Of a DNA stretch of 64,000 bases, positions 49,648 to 60,049 are shown piece by piece. The translations under genes and the position numbers were made by a program. The first letter of the stretch is position 1. Each line of letters begins with the position of its first letter. Source of the DNA: a virus. Its lineage: Duplodnaviria; Caudoviricetes. Below the pieces are notes generated by a model that saw only the letters and a list, made by a program, of their open reading frames with translations, had not been told where the DNA came from and made no database searches. The stretch is taken from IMG/VR virus record IMGVR_UViG_3300013426_000014, positions 192,001-256,000 of that record. One strand, written 5' to 3'.

Positions 49648-50223
49648 TTATAACCTGTTTATAGAAAATTCCATTATTGTTGCGTTTATCGCGTTGCCTC
49701 CGCCAGAATCAGAGCCGACCCACACTGTTATATCGTCTCTCGTAAGATTCAATGATGTGGTTTTTACTGTTGACCCATTATTGGTGATGGTCAAGGTCCC
49801 GTTCTTGTATGTAAACGTCATGTCAACAATGTTGTCCGAATCAAGTGTCAGGTTTGTTTTACTTGAGCCAATGACAAGCCGGAGCCGGTCGGATCCTCAA
49901 TATTTCTCGTACCTGACGATAAATCCCTCATATGATGATGTCGAACCCTCCGCGTAATCAAGCGCGTGAAGCAGTGTCGGAAACTTGCTGCTGTAATCGG
50001 CGGAGTTTGACCCCATTTTCGCCTTTATGTGAAGAACAAAACCGGATCCACTTTTGAACGGAATAAATTCTGTGTCCGTGCCCGTATCAGTCACATCATA
50101 TTCCTCAGATACAACGTAATCTGTTATGTTCCCGTTTGGATCGGTCTTCACGCTCGGTTTTCCCGGTCCGACATATACGGTCGACGTCGACATCAGCATC
50201 CGTCTCCGATTGTGAAAAGACAT
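49648..50223 (-). CDS. Beta-rich putative structural/adhesion protein, TGA=Trp at 49897-49899
   Basis: Readthrough adds 83 aa and ends 12 nt before the next gene; MSFHNRRRMLM start. Confidence 0.7.
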
Positions 50224-50341
50224 AAAATTGTTTTTTTTTTGCCTTTCATCACCCCGTGCCCAGGGCAAAATCAAAACAAGCGTCATCGCTTGTTTTTGAA
50301 CAAAACAAGTAATATGCCTTATATTTACCTAAATTAATAGA

Positions 50342-50653
50342 TTATCGCGGTCCCGCATCCGGTCCCGCGTCATCTATGTCTGTCAGATAAATCGATTTTA
50401 CTCTGACGTCGTTTGTATCGAATCTTGAACAAAAATTCAACCCGGCTGGAAACCCGGCTGTGAACTGTTTGATATGGTCACAGCATGTGTTTATGCCATA
50501 GCATCCACCGTACGTCCGTTTATCAGATATCGCGGCGTATGGATAATTCTGTGGATATGACGTCGTGTAGTTGAAGAAACAATATTCACATGACGCCGGT
50601 CCGGCATTCGTCTTTCGTTCCGGAATTTCCAATATGACATGCATTTTTTTCAT
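50342..50653 (-). CDS. Cys-rich hypothetical protein
   Basis: CEYC, CC. Confidence 0.6.
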   Translation of the reverse strand: MKKMHVILEIPERKTNAGPASCEYCFFNYTTSYPQNYPYAAISDKRTYGGCYGINTCCDHIKQFTAGFPAGLNFCSRFDTNDVRVKSIYLTDIDDAGPDAGPR

Positions 50654-50668
50654 ATTAAACTATCAGAT

Positions 50669-51229
50669 TTATCTGTCAAAAATCGGATAATCATTTTTCC
50701 ACTCGCCACATCTCTTTCCTATATGCCGAACAGGAATTTTATGATTATATGCAGCTGTCAACGCCGTACGCAAAGTCGGTATGATGAATACATTATCCGG
50801 AATATCTGAATTTGATAAGCTTCCCTGACCGTCAGCGATCATCAACGACATTGAATATATATTATTTGTTACGGCCGAATTTTTGATGGCTTTCATCTTT
50901 TCTGGTCGCGGACGATAAAAATAATTAGTCTTGAATTTATCACACGGCGGCAGGTTTCTGACTAATCTCGCGAATTCAGGCGGCACGCACGCGAATGCGG
51001 TATAAATAGAGTCTTTATACGTATACATATCAATATACGGCCTGTCATCGACAGGTGGAATGCCGACCGTATTTCTTGCAGTCAGCGGACCGGATCCAAT
51101 GCGGAAATCATTGTGGAAATCATCCGATCCGGTTTCAGCGATAATGTTTTTCACATTATTCATAATCGCGTTAATGTTCCTCACATTATTCATAATGGTG
51201 TCAACGCTCTGTCTCATCCCAAAACTCAT
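50669..51229 (-). CDS. Hypothetical protein
   Basis: Short IMNNV repeat at N-terminus. Confidence 0.65.
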   Translation of the reverse strand: MSFGMRQSVDTIMNNVRNINAIMNNVKNIIAETGSDDFHNDFRIGSGPLTARNTVGIPPVDDRPYIDMYTYKDSIYTAFACVPPEFARLVRNLPPCDKFKTNYFYRPRPEKMKAIKNSAVTNNIYSMSLMIADGQGSLSNSDIPDNVFIIPTLRTALTAAYNHKIPVRHIGKRCGEWKNDYPIFDR

Positions 51230-51440
51230 TGCATTCGCCTTTCGCGTTTGTCCGGTCCATCATATAGACATATTCATCCCCGTCGACAAGCGACCGCACA
51301 TACATGAGATATCGATGACACAATTTGGTCTTTTGACATCCCATTCCCGCGCACAATGTTATATCGCGACAACCATTCGGCAATTCTTCTATATGCCGTC
51401 CGGTCATCGCGAAAACCTTATCGTCTGATATACGTTCCAT
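51201..51440 (-). CDS. Small Cys-rich protein
   Basis: DITLC...C...CHRY...C.EFW. Confidence 0.6.
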   Translation of the reverse strand: MERISDDKVFAMTGRHIEELPNGCRDITLCAGMGCQKTKLCHRYLMYVRSLVDGDEYVYMMDRTNAKGECNEFWDETER

Positions 51441-51447
51441 ATTGAAT

Positions 51448-51987
51448 TTATAAAGAATCCTTTATAAATTTATATGTGATATCAATCCATTTATTTTTAT
51501 CCGGTGTCAAAAAAATCTCATGATTGGTGGGATGAAAATCGTTACCGTGCAATTTCATATACATACGTTGGTTTCCGCCCGGCGATCCCAATGGACCGCG
51601 CTCTTTGATCCACGGACCGATTTTTAGGTAGTCGAGCGAATCATATGACAATACAGACCCGTCTGATCCCGCAGTGGGCGGCGCGACGGATCCGCTGTAC
51701 CAACATGTTTTTACCGTGTTGAAATTATCGTGGACGAATCTCGCTTTCGCCAGCACGTCATCAGGCTCCGCGTCGCCGCCCATGAACGCGATACACGACA
51801 CACCCGGTGTATTGTGTATCATCCGGTCAAGGATATTAAATGTCAACATCTCACCAGCGTTCCTGTCCCGCATCCATGGACTGTGACAGCCGGGACATGT
51901 ATAAGGACAACCGGTGAGATTCACGCACAGCGTTATCTCATCCGGCACCTCCTCGAATGTTACACGTGTCTCCGCGTATCTAATCAT
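51448..51987 (-). CDS. nrdG: Anaerobic ribonucleotide reductase activase
   Basis: CPYTCPGCHS radical-SAM motif; adjacent to nrdD. Confidence 0.92.
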   Translation of the reverse strand: MIRYAETRVTFEEVPDEITLCVNLTGCPYTCPGCHSPWMRDRNAGEMLTFNILDRMIHNTPGVSCIAFMGGDAEPDDVLAKARFVHDNFNTVKTCWYSGSVAPPTAGSDGSVLSYDSLDYLKIGPWIKERGPLGSPGGNQRMYMKLHGNDFHPTNHEIFLTPDKNKWIDITYKFIKDSL

Positions 51988-54190
51988 CGGATTTTCCTCC
52001 GTCTTTTACCGCGTTCGCCTTGTCCGAATAGACACGGCGTTCGGCTTCTTTATACCGTTCAGAATCAAATGATTTTATCGGTCGTAGAAAACCAATCACC
52101 CGTGTCCACCATGACACATGTTCACTTCCACACTTAGGACAGACCGTGAACTTTGATTTCGATATATAGCCACAATCATCACAGCTCGAGTTGATGACGT
52201 TGAACGTATAATAACTCGTGCCATTCTTGATCGCGAAATCCATCAATTTCGTGTATTGCGCTTCCGAAAGGTGATCAGCGAGATTGCAGTGCAGGCCGAC
52301 ACCGCCGTCGAGCAGTCCGGTGAACTCCCTGCCGTGCAGACGGAACCTGTCAAGTACGCTCGTCTCAGGATCATCCGCGAGATAAAAATACGAGTTGTAC
52401 AGGTTGCGGTTATCCGGGACCCAATATCCGTCTGCCTTATCCCACTTGTAGTTTTTGCTTGAAAGTCCTTCCGCCGGAACGAATTCAGTATTGAACAGAT
52501 AATCTTTCTTTCCGTGTATCTTGTTCTGCTCGCTGATCACGCCTGTAATCAGCTGGCAAAGATGCTTGTAATCGTCATTGTACGAGCATTTGAGTCCGAG
52601 AAATTCCGCCGCCTCGTTGATGCCGTTAAGCCCGATGGTCGAATACAGCTTGTTCATTTTGATGTAACCGGCGGTCGACGCGTTGAGCATGCCGGCGTTC
52701 TCGACGTCATAAAGCAACGACTTATACGCGATCTGGTATTTGTAAACACGTTCCAAAATCGAAATCAGATAATCAGCGAATGACTTGTCGAACGCGGACC
52801 AGTCGATTTTTCCCGCCGGCCTGCCTCCATCTTTCTTGTGATACCCGGTCATATCCGCCCAATTCTGGACGATGCGAGAAAGATTGAGCGTCATGACGTT
52901 CGCCGATCCCGTCTGCACGCCGGTCAGGCCATTGGTGAAGCTGAATGTGTTCTCGTTGATTTTGTTCTGCAGTCGGCAGCATGATGACAACGAATTTGGG
53001 TTATCTGATATATATGTGAAGAAACTGTGACCCTTCGCGTACATCTTGTTCGTGAACGCCTTATAATCCTTGTCGATTATATCATTCCCGTCGGAAAGCA
53101 ACGCCATCGTCTCAACCGGGAACGTGAGCATCGTCTTTGTCCGTTCCTTGTTGAACCACTCCATGAAATCACGCTGCAGGAAATCGACGCGTTCCCATAC
53201 AGGTTTCGAACCGTCAGGAAACAGGAAATCGTCGAACAACGCGTGCCAGTAATTACTGTCATAATATGATATGTTTGTGAACGGGCTCTGATATGACCTG
53301 TTCCCCGCCGGCTGGTTCCACCCGTACACTATCTGCTGATACGCCTGGTGGATCATCTGAATGACTGTCTTTTTCGGACGGACAGACACGACATCAGAAC
53401 CGCGGAGGTGATAATCATCGCCGAAATCGTGCGCACAGAAATAATCAAGGAAATTGAAGAACTCGCCGAATGCGACAGCGCCTTTACACTGTGACGACAG
53501 CAGGAACGTCAGGTTAACAAGCTGACCACAGAAAGAGTTGAGATTTTTCGGCGCTGTCGTGCCGAGACCGTCCATCCCCTTGGTGCCGTCAACGAGCAAT
53601 GGATAAAGCGTGACGGCCTCGCAGTAATTCTTACACGCAGGAGTTGAACTCTCATCATGTTCATACACAATATGTTGCGCCAAATCTTGTTCATATTGCC
53701 GCGCGACTTCTGGAAAATCCTGTTCCAATCTTTTTCGCATGCGGTAACGCTGAATTTTCCTGTTCATTGTCTTGTACACCTCGCCGTCGAGATTCGCGAC
53801 ATTCTTGATCTGCATGTTCGCATTCGGATCCGTCTCCGACGCGGTTGACGCGTTCGTCGACGAGTCGGCGTACTGATCCATATAGTCGATCCGATCCTTG
53901 ATAAATCTCATCTCCTTGTGTGACTCCCTATATATGATATACGCCTTCGCTACCTCATACGGGGCGGCGTCGACAAGTATCCGCTCGACCGCGTCCTGTA
54001 CGTCTTCGACACCGACCGTCTCTGGACCGCCGTCCCCGCCGAATTTATCCCGGACCGACGACATTATGTCGTCCTTCCATGAATCGAACTCAATACCCTG
54101 CTCGTCGAACGCGGCCTTCACCGCGGTGATGATTTTGTCGAAATCAAACGGCTCGACCTTGCCGTTTCTTTTCTTTACATGTAACGTCAT
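51980..54190 (-). CDS. nrdD: Anaerobic ribonucleoside-triphosphate reductase with ATP cone
   Basis: VKKRNG ATP cone; SSCCRL; CDDCG...CPKCG; TRVIGFL. Confidence 0.95.
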   Translation of the reverse strand: MTLHVKKRNGKVEPFDFDKIITAVKAAFDEQGIEFDSWKDDIMSSVRDKFGGDGGPETVGVEDVQDAVERILVDAAPYEVAKAYIIYRESHKEMRFIKDRIDYMDQYADSSTNASTASETDPNANMQIKNVANLDGEVYKTMNRKIQRYRMRKRLEQDFPEVARQYEQDLAQHIVYEHDESSTPACKNYCEAVTLYPLLVDGTKGMDGLGTTAPKNLNSFCGQLVNLTFLLSSQCKGAVAFGEFFNFLDYFCAHDFGDDYHLRGSDVVSVRPKKTVIQMIHQAYQQIVYGWNQPAGNRSYQSPFTNISYYDSNYWHALFDDFLFPDGSKPVWERVDFLQRDFMEWFNKERTKTMLTFPVETMALLSDGNDIIDKDYKAFTNKMYAKGHSFFTYISDNPNSLSSCCRLQNKINENTFSFTNGLTGVQTGSANVMTLNLSRIVQNWADMTGYHKKDGGRPAGKIDWSAFDKSFADYLISILERVYKYQIAYKSLLYDVENAGMLNASTAGYIKMNKLYSTIGLNGINEAAEFLGLKCSYNDDYKHLCQLITGVISEQNKIHGKKDYLFNTEFVPAEGLSSKNYKWDKADGYWVPDNRNLYNSYFYLADDPETSVLDRFRLHGREFTGLLDGGVGLHCNLADHLSEAQYTKLMDFAIKNGTSYYTFNVINSSCDDCGYISKSKFTVCPKCGSEHVSWWTRVIGFLRPIKSFDSERYKEAERRVYSDKANAVKDGGKSDD

Positions 54191-54263
54191 ATGCTACCGC
54201 AAATCTGTTTATATTATTATGCACCGGTGATGAACCGGCGCTGATTATTTACCATATTTGATT

Positions 54264-55094
54264 CTAATGCAAACCGAACCACCGGTTGATCTTTCTTTTC
54301 ACCCCGTTAAACTCATACGCGTTGAACATCGCGCACGACCATATATTCGAGCAGAACACAAAAGCTTTACTGAAAAAACCCGGATGCGTTCTCATTACCT
54401 TATAGCAGAATTCCGTGTCATGTACAAGTTCAAGCGGCAAAGTCGTTTCCCCGATGACGACCTTATATTCTATCGATCCGTCCTGCGATTTTTTATGAAT
54501 GTTCAACCGCGGAATGTAACTAAACAGATTCTTGACAATCTTCTTGTTCCTGTACATCATTTTTACCAAATCAAATTCATACATCGGCGCCGCCTCGAAT
54601 TTTGTTCGACCAGTACGCGCATAATCGCGCAACTCTGACCATGTTGAATTGATTTTCGGATTGACTATCGGCAGCGTCAGCCGATTGACACCATGGCCGA
54701 TACGTCCGCGCCTGTACATCAGATCCAGACGAGCGATCTCGTTCGCGTAAAAGACATAATCATACCGGATTGTTTCTTTGCCGATCCCGTCATGATAAAG
54801 CATCATATACGGAAAATGATGCAGTATCCGCATCCGCCTCATGAATTTCGGACCATACCCCACATCGCCGTCAAATCCGAATATTGGTCCGAACCTTGAC
54901 ATCGGCTCGCCGGGATTATTCAAGAAATTCAGCTCCGATATCCTGAACGCCGGCGGGACGACGCCCAAAAGAGCCTGTATCATCGCGCCCCGCTCGCAGC
55001 ACTCCCTTAACATACGACGATGACGGAAAACCGCGACGAGATTGTCATGAATTTTCCGCCATATCCGCCTGCATATGAATTTCGGATTCATCAT
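54264..55094 (-). CDS. Hypothetical protein
   Basis: 276-aa ORF. Confidence 0.65.
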   Translation of the reverse strand: MMNPKFICRRIWRKIHDNLVAVFRHRRMLRECCERGAMIQALLGVVPPAFRISELNFLNNPGEPMSRFGPIFGFDGDVGYGPKFMRRMRILHHFPYMMLYHDGIGKETIRYDYVFYANEIARLDLMYRRGRIGHGVNRLTLPIVNPKINSTWSELRDYARTGRTKFEAAPMYEFDLVKMMYRNKKIVKNLFSYIPRLNIHKKSQDGSIEYKVVIGETTLPLELVHDTEFCYKVMRTHPGFFSKAFVFCSNIWSCAMFNAYEFNGVKRKINRWFGLH

Positions 55095-55097
55095 ATG

Positions 55098-55328
55098 TTA
55101 CGCGTCGTCGTTCTCCTCCGCCTTGCGCAACTCAGATCGGAACTGTTCCGTCTCACATATTATTTCCGACCGTATTTTCCTGGCGTCTTTCAAACTGGCC
55201 TCCGCCGCGGCGATTTCGGATTCGAAACGCGTAATGCACATGTCGAGCATTTTCAGATACTGCTCATTCCGCCGTATACCGCGTCTGAGCTTGCGAATAC
55301 GTCTTTTGTTCATGTCAAATAAATTCAT
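55098..55328 (-). CDS. Coiled-coil protein
   Basis: ORF. Confidence 0.6.
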   Translation of the reverse strand: MNLFDMNKRRIRKLRRGIRRNEQYLKMLDMCITRFESEIAAAEASLKDARKIRSEIICETEQFRSELRKAEENDDA

Positions 55329-55357
55329 ATAATTAACGATTATATTGCTGTTAACGA

Positions 55358-55921
55358 TTATATTGTCGTACGGATATAAAGATCGTATTCCCTGTACAGA
55401 ATACGTTCTATCGTTGCCTGTCTGTTTTTCAGCAGCCGGAGTTTTTCCTTCACGTCTTCGATATATTGTTCGTTACCGGATTTGGAATTCTCCGCTTCGC
55501 GCTTCATTTTGGAAAGGTCCTTTATGATCCTTTCATTTTTGTTATATTCGGAAATAAGATCATTTTTTGACGGCAATATATTGCCGCGCGAATCCTTTAT
55601 CGTATGAGACTTGTTGTAATAATCCTCGATTTTAATAACATAAACGCTGTCGATCTGAATAATCCTGCCGGCAATGAATCTGCGTTCACCAGAACGATCA
55701 TTAAAAAATAAACCGTTACCTGTAAAAAATTTAGATTCTATATATGAATAGAGATTATAATCATAATTTTGCGTCGCGATCACACTCTCCGGATACGTAT
55801 TCATCAGCTCGCCTGACTCGTTTCTGTGCGTCACGTTCCCGACGACATAATAAGGCGCGCACGCGATCATGAATGACGACATGATGATAATTGTCAAAAT
55901 AATATACCAATACTTTCCCAT
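55358..55921 (-). CDS. Putative lipoprotein
   Basis: MGKYWYIILTIIIMSSFMIAC. Confidence 0.6.
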   Translation of the reverse strand: MGKYWYIILTIIIMSSFMIACAPYYVVGNVTHRNESGELMNTYPESVIATQNYDYNLYSYIESKFFTGNGLFFNDRSGERRFIAGRIIQIDSVYVIKIEDYYNKSHTIKDSRGNILPSKNDLISEYNKNERIIKDLSKMKREAENSKSGNEQYIEDVKEKLRLLKNRQATIERILYREYDLYIRTTI

Positions 55922-55931
55922 AACCTTTATT

Positions 55932-56594
55932 TTACATGTTTCTAAAACTTGTCTTCTTATCAAACCCCGCGTCGGCGATCTTTTGGAGATCATCTCTTTT
56001 GTCCGTCGTGTCCGGCTCGTTCTTCTTGAGCAGATAATCATATATGTCCGTCCATATTTCCTCCGCGGGCAGCAGGCCGGCCAGCGGCGATCCAGACAGT
56101 ATCGGATTCTCGACGACGCTCCTGTCTTTCGATCCCGGCGTCACCGTGTAATACGGATACGCGCTGAATCGCAAAGCGAGCGGCGCGTCAGAAAATCGCT
56201 TGCAATCGCCGTTCATCCGCTCGATGATCCTGTTCAGACCATAAACATATTTCCCGCGGGACTTCACGATATCCGATTTCAGATCCTCCGGACTGTACGC
56301 CGAATATTTCAGATCCATCGACATGTTGTCACCGTCATAAACGGGGGTCCTGTTGACCTTTATCGCCGTGACGTTAAATCCGTGCTGCACATATATGTAC
56401 AGCGGCGACGGTTTGCCATCTTTCTTGTCATAGATCCCGACATAATTGGAATAGAAATAGTATGGAAAACTGTCCATCCATTTCTTCGCCGGCACAGAGT
56501 TCCTCCGGTCGTATACGACTGCCGGATCCGTCCCGTATTCAGGAAGTCCCGAATAGAAATCGTAATAATCTTTCTTTGAATCAATTATTTTCAT
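55932..56594 (-). CDS. Conserved phage hypothetical protein
   Basis: MKIIDSKKDYYD...GFDKKTSFR. Confidence 0.7.
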   Translation of the reverse strand: MKIIDSKKDYYDFYSGLPEYGTDPAVVYDRRNSVPAKKWMDSFPYYFYSNYVGIYDKKDGKPSPLYIYVQHGFNVTAIKVNRTPVYDGDNMSMDLKYSAYSPEDLKSDIVKSRGKYVYGLNRIIERMNGDCKRFSDAPLALRFSAYPYYTVTPGSKDRSVVENPILSGSPLAGLLPAEEIWTDIYDYLLKKNEPDTTDKRDDLQKIADAGFDKKTSFRNM

Positions 56595-56599
56595 GACTG

Positions 56600-56971
56600 T
56601 TACTCCTCCCACCCGTCTTCCGGGTCGAAATATATGTTGCCCATCGTTTTCGTCTTTTCTAACGCGCATTTCCCGCACACATCAGACAAGCCGCGCCGCG
56701 AGCATATGCCGCACACATCGGGCGCGTTCATCGCCGCGATGAAATCACTGATCACGTCGACCGACCTGATGAACCCGACGTTCGAATCAACAAACTTCTT
56801 CGTGCCGGATCTCCCGTCCTGATCATCATTGTCAGACACGGTAATGACACCGGCCTTGACCAGATCCGCATAACGTGCCTGCATGACCTCATACGCCGCG
56901 TCACATTTCGTGACAAGTGCGGCCAGCGCCGCCGGCAGTCCGGCCGGACCTTTGTCTTTTTTCTTTTTCAT
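56600..56971 (-). CDS. Hypothetical protein with CxxC pairs
   Basis: CGIC...CGKC. Confidence 0.6.
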   Translation of the reverse strand: MKKKKDKGPAGLPAALAALVTKCDAAYEVMQARYADLVKAGVITVSDNDDQDGRSGTKKFVDSNVGFIRSVDVISDFIAAMNAPDVCGICSRRGLSDVCGKCALEKTKTMGNIYFDPEDGWEE

Positions 56972-56974
56972 CTC

Positions 56975-57517
56975 CTATATATTGTTTGCTCTCATCTTGA
57001 TGATTTCGGCGCGTGCCGTTTCCATCCTTTTGATGAACTCGATATTGTCCCTGATTTTCTTCGGATATCCGACCGATTCGCCGCCGGGATTATGACCGCT
57101 CACGGCGCGGGCCATGTCATTGCGCGGATTCTTCTTCGACTGCATGATATTGAACATCTCGATCGATTTCGACACAGAGAACGCATCGTCGTGCGTGTAT
57201 CGGTCCTCGCCAAGCAGCCTGTTTACCTCCCTCACATAGATCGGCGTGATCTGCAGCACGCCGCGGTCGTTCGACGTCCCGACAGCGGCCGGATCGAATC
57301 CGGACTCGGTCTTCATCATCGCCATCTGAAGGATCTCCCAGTCATCCAGGATATCTGGATCGGCGCCGCCGTCGTGATTCGTTTCAGTGATTATGCAGTC
57401 AGCCGCCGATTCGGCGGGTCGCGCCGAAGCAAGACGGAAACCAGATAAACAGCACGCCGCGGCGAACAGCACGCCGCACATAAAAATCATAATGTCGTTT
57501 CTCTTTTTCATACCCAT
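56975..57517 (-). CDS. Lysozyme-like/lytic transglycosylase with N-terminal signal
   Basis: MMKTESG...RGVLQITPIYV...HN. Confidence 0.75.
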   Translation of the reverse strand: MGMKKRNDIMIFMCGVLFAAACCLSGFRLASARPAESAADCIITETNHDGGADPDILDDWEILQMAMMKTESGFDPAAVGTSNDRGVLQITPIYVREVNRLLGEDRYTHDDAFSVSKSIEMFNIMQSKKNPRNDMARAVSGHNPGGESVGYPKKIRDNIEFIKRMETARAEIIKMRANNI

Positions 57518-57590
57518 TATTTTAACAACACAAAGATAATGAAATTTTTTGAAATAGAAAACAAAACGGCAAAAAATATTTCACAATGGT

Positions 57591-57917
57591 CTATTCTGGT
57601 TTTTTATAGCCGCTCAAATTGCATATCCATGACGTAATCAATGCCGGGTTGTATCCTTTGCACATGCTACATCCGTTGCACGTCGTACGATGCAAAGCGA
57701 CATCCGCCGACGTCTTGATGATCATCCCGTCAAGGATCCTGTCGATTTTCATGCACGTCTGTCTGTACCCGCTTGACGATACGATGAAATTGTCGTAGCA
57801 ACACCACGGCGGCGCCGGCATTTTTATAAGCTGATAATCGCCGTTGGCGCCGAGAATCCGTTCATGCATGACCGTTATCATGTCGTTCTTATAATGAATC
57901 GAATCGCAGTTTTTCAT
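57591..57917 (-). CDS. PxWC-family protein
   Basis: PPWC...CNGCSMC.GYN. Confidence 0.7.
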   Translation of the reverse strand: MKNCDSIHYKNDMITVMHERILGANGDYQLIKMPAPPWCCYDNFIVSSSGYRQTCMKIDRILDGMIIKTSADVALHRTTCNGCSMCKGYNPALITSWICNLSGYKKPE

Positions 57918-57930
57918 ATCAATTTTCGGT

Positions 57931-58356
57931 TTATATGAACATCATCCCGCCATGCTGTATTATAGTTTGCCGCATCTTGTCGTTGTCTTTCACGATGAAC
58001 AGATTGTTGGCTTTGACGGCCGGACTTATGTTATATCCGGTTTTACACATGCACCGGACGCACATTCCAGGATACATCACTGACTTGCACATGCCGATGA
58101 TCCGCCGGCCGCGGCCAACCGCCGCGGCGATTATCCCGCGGGGCGCCGGCCGCTCCGCGGAGCAGTACGGATATGAGTTATGCATCCAGCCAGTGTCACA
58201 CCACACCGGAAAACAGTAGTCGACGCCATTGCATCGGTCAAACAATATATAATGTTTGCGATCATCCGATTTCATGACGTCATAAATTACTTTGAGATCA
58301 TGATCTGTCGGTATCTCTTTTGTCTTCTTCACCATGATATCACCATTAAATTTCAC
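57931..58356 (-). CDS. PxWC-family protein
   Basis: PVWC...CVRCMC..GYN. Confidence 0.7.
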   Translation of the reverse strand: MKFNGDIMVKKTKEIPTDHDLKVIYDVMKSDDRKHYILFDRCNGVDYCFPVWCDTGWMHNSYPYCSAERPAPRGIIAAAVGRGRRIIGMCKSVMYPGMCVRCMCKTGYNISPAVKANNLFIVKDNDKMRQTIIQHGGMMFI

Positions 58357-58816
58357 CGCTCCGCATCCTTCTCCACGGGAAAACGGTCATGTTGAAATGA
58401 TCGCTCCATGGTTTCGTCCGCCGCATGTATTCGACAAGCCCGCACAAAGTGATAGATCCTTCGCGGACCATCGTCCTGTTCCATTTACACATGTCGTGCA
58501 GCATGTCGGCGGCGTGCATACTGTGCCGCGACCTGTACCACCTACAGAACCTGCACCGGCCGGTCCGTCTCGCCGAGCCGGGCGTCATGTTCTCCATCTT
58601 GAACGGCGAACATTTCGAGTCACCGTACTCGTCCGACTCCGCGCGCGGCGCGCACCATTCCGGACGCAGGACCATTGCGTCCGTGTACGGATCGGTGTCA
58701 ACCACGACCCGCGCGCCGGCGGCGTTCCTGCCTTTTATCCCGGTCATGACGATGTCACCGGGTTTCGGATCAGACCGACGGATGGCCTCCGCGGTTTTCG
58801 CGTATATAATTTTCAT
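58346..58816 (-). CDS. PxWC-family protein
   Basis: PEWC...CRFC. Confidence 0.7.
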   Translation of the reverse strand: MKIIYAKTAEAIRRSDPKPGDIVMTGIKGRNAAGARVVVDTDPYTDAMVLRPEWCAPRAESDEYGDSKCSPFKMENMTPGSARRTGRCRFCRWYRSRHSMHAADMLHDMCKWNRTMVREGSITLCGLVEYMRRTKPWSDHFNMTVFPWRRMRSGEI

Positions 58817-59412
58817 TACTTTTCTTTATATGTACACTTCCAAAAACACGCGTTTGGATTCATTTTGCTTTCGGTTTTGCCCATTGTGCACAAGAATTCG
58901 TAATCAGCGTTAATCATGTCGCGCATCCGGTTTATGCCGAGCAAATTTCCCTTTGAACCCCTTGACAGTTTATGCGCGTGCCGTATGATGTTCAGCATAT
59001 ACGCGCCCTTGTATACGCCGCCGACACACATGACGCAATCCACACATTCCGCGTATCTCGCGTTGTCGTTTATCTTGCAGACATCCGTCCGGCCCATGTC
59101 GACCGCCGTGTCGAACGGGGCGGGCATCGTGTCGCTGAATATCTGCCGGCACCAGCCGTCGGGCGGAACCGCCCCGGAATCGTGAAACCTGTGCGCGCAC
59201 CATTCAGGGACGTTCCTGTACGGAGCGAACGACAGCGTATCGTCCCACGCGCATCGCGTGACCGTGCCCATGCCGAGACGCCGCCTCCCCCGTGTGTTTA
59301 TGTTCACGACGGCCGCTTTCCGCTCGATCTCGTTCACCGGCAACATGAACAGCGCGTCATCTGATCCCTTCGTCATACCGCATGGTTTTTGTAAAGTCTC
59401 TGTGGTCTCCAC
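58816..59412 (-). CDS. PxWC-family protein
   Basis: VPEWC...RYAECVDC...GGVYKG. Confidence 0.7.
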   Translation of the reverse strand: METTETLQKPCGMTKGSDDALFMLPVNEIERKAAVVNINTRGRRRLGMGTVTRCAWDDTLSFAPYRNVPEWCAHRFHDSGAVPPDGWCRQIFSDTMPAPFDTAVDMGRTDVCKINDNARYAECVDCVMCVGGVYKGAYMLNIIRHAHKLSRGSKGNLLGINRMRDMINADYEFLCTMGKTESKMNPNACFWKCTYKEK

Positions 59413-59990
59413 GCGTCCCGGGATCCGGTCAACGTCTCGTAAAGCACCGTCGGTATGAGTCTCGTGTCACACATATCGCGCCACTTCATACGCTCAAGCG
59501 CCGGGCGCGGGATATTCATGTAAACGTTTATGGCATGAAACATCGACTGGACTATAAGGTTATAGTTTCTTCTGTTGTTCAACGGACAGCGCATGCAGCG
59601 CGTGTACCGCACCGGCGCGCGGTCCTCCAGACATCCGTCGAGATATGAGTAAAGATGCGCCGCCGTCTTTTCCTGACTTCCGGCGCCGGAATTTCCATGC
59701 GCCTCCGCCTTGTGATCCGATATGAATCTCGACTCGCCCTTAATCGCGCGGCAGACTTGCGGCGCGGAACGCGGCCGTACGGCGTCGCACCATTCCGGGA
59801 CGGAACGGACCGGCACCATATCCGAGCTGAACGCAGTGTACCTGTCCAACACGTACGGATTCGTTATCGATCTCGACCTGAATCCGGCGCGGCGCCGTCC
59901 GCGGACCGCCGACACGACCGGGTCGTAACCGTTATACTCGACCCGCTCCGTCATCTGATCCACCGGGCCGTATGTTGTATTATCAATCAT
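59373..59990 (-). CDS. PxWC-family protein
   Basis: VPEWC...RYTRCMRC...NYN. Confidence 0.7.
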   Translation of the reverse strand: MIDNTTYGPVDQMTERVEYNGYDPVVSAVRGRRRAGFRSRSITNPYVLDRYTAFSSDMVPVRSVPEWCDAVRPRSAPQVCRAIKGESRFISDHKAEAHGNSGAGSQEKTAAHLYSYLDGCLEDRAPVRYTRCMRCPLNNRRNYNLIVQSMFHAINVYMNIPRPALERMKWRDMCDTRLIPTVLYETLTGSRDAWRPQRLYKNHAV

Positions 59991-60049
59991 GCAGCGAATA
60001 TAGCGATAAAAAACGTAAATTAAAAGCGGAACGTGAAATTTTTTCGTTC

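Noticed and set aside
3417-51982. Genome-wide TAG recoding (code 15)
   Set aside because: TAG cleanly ends genes at 3419, 4941, 6908, 27066, 31057 and nrdD; only one internal TAG seen
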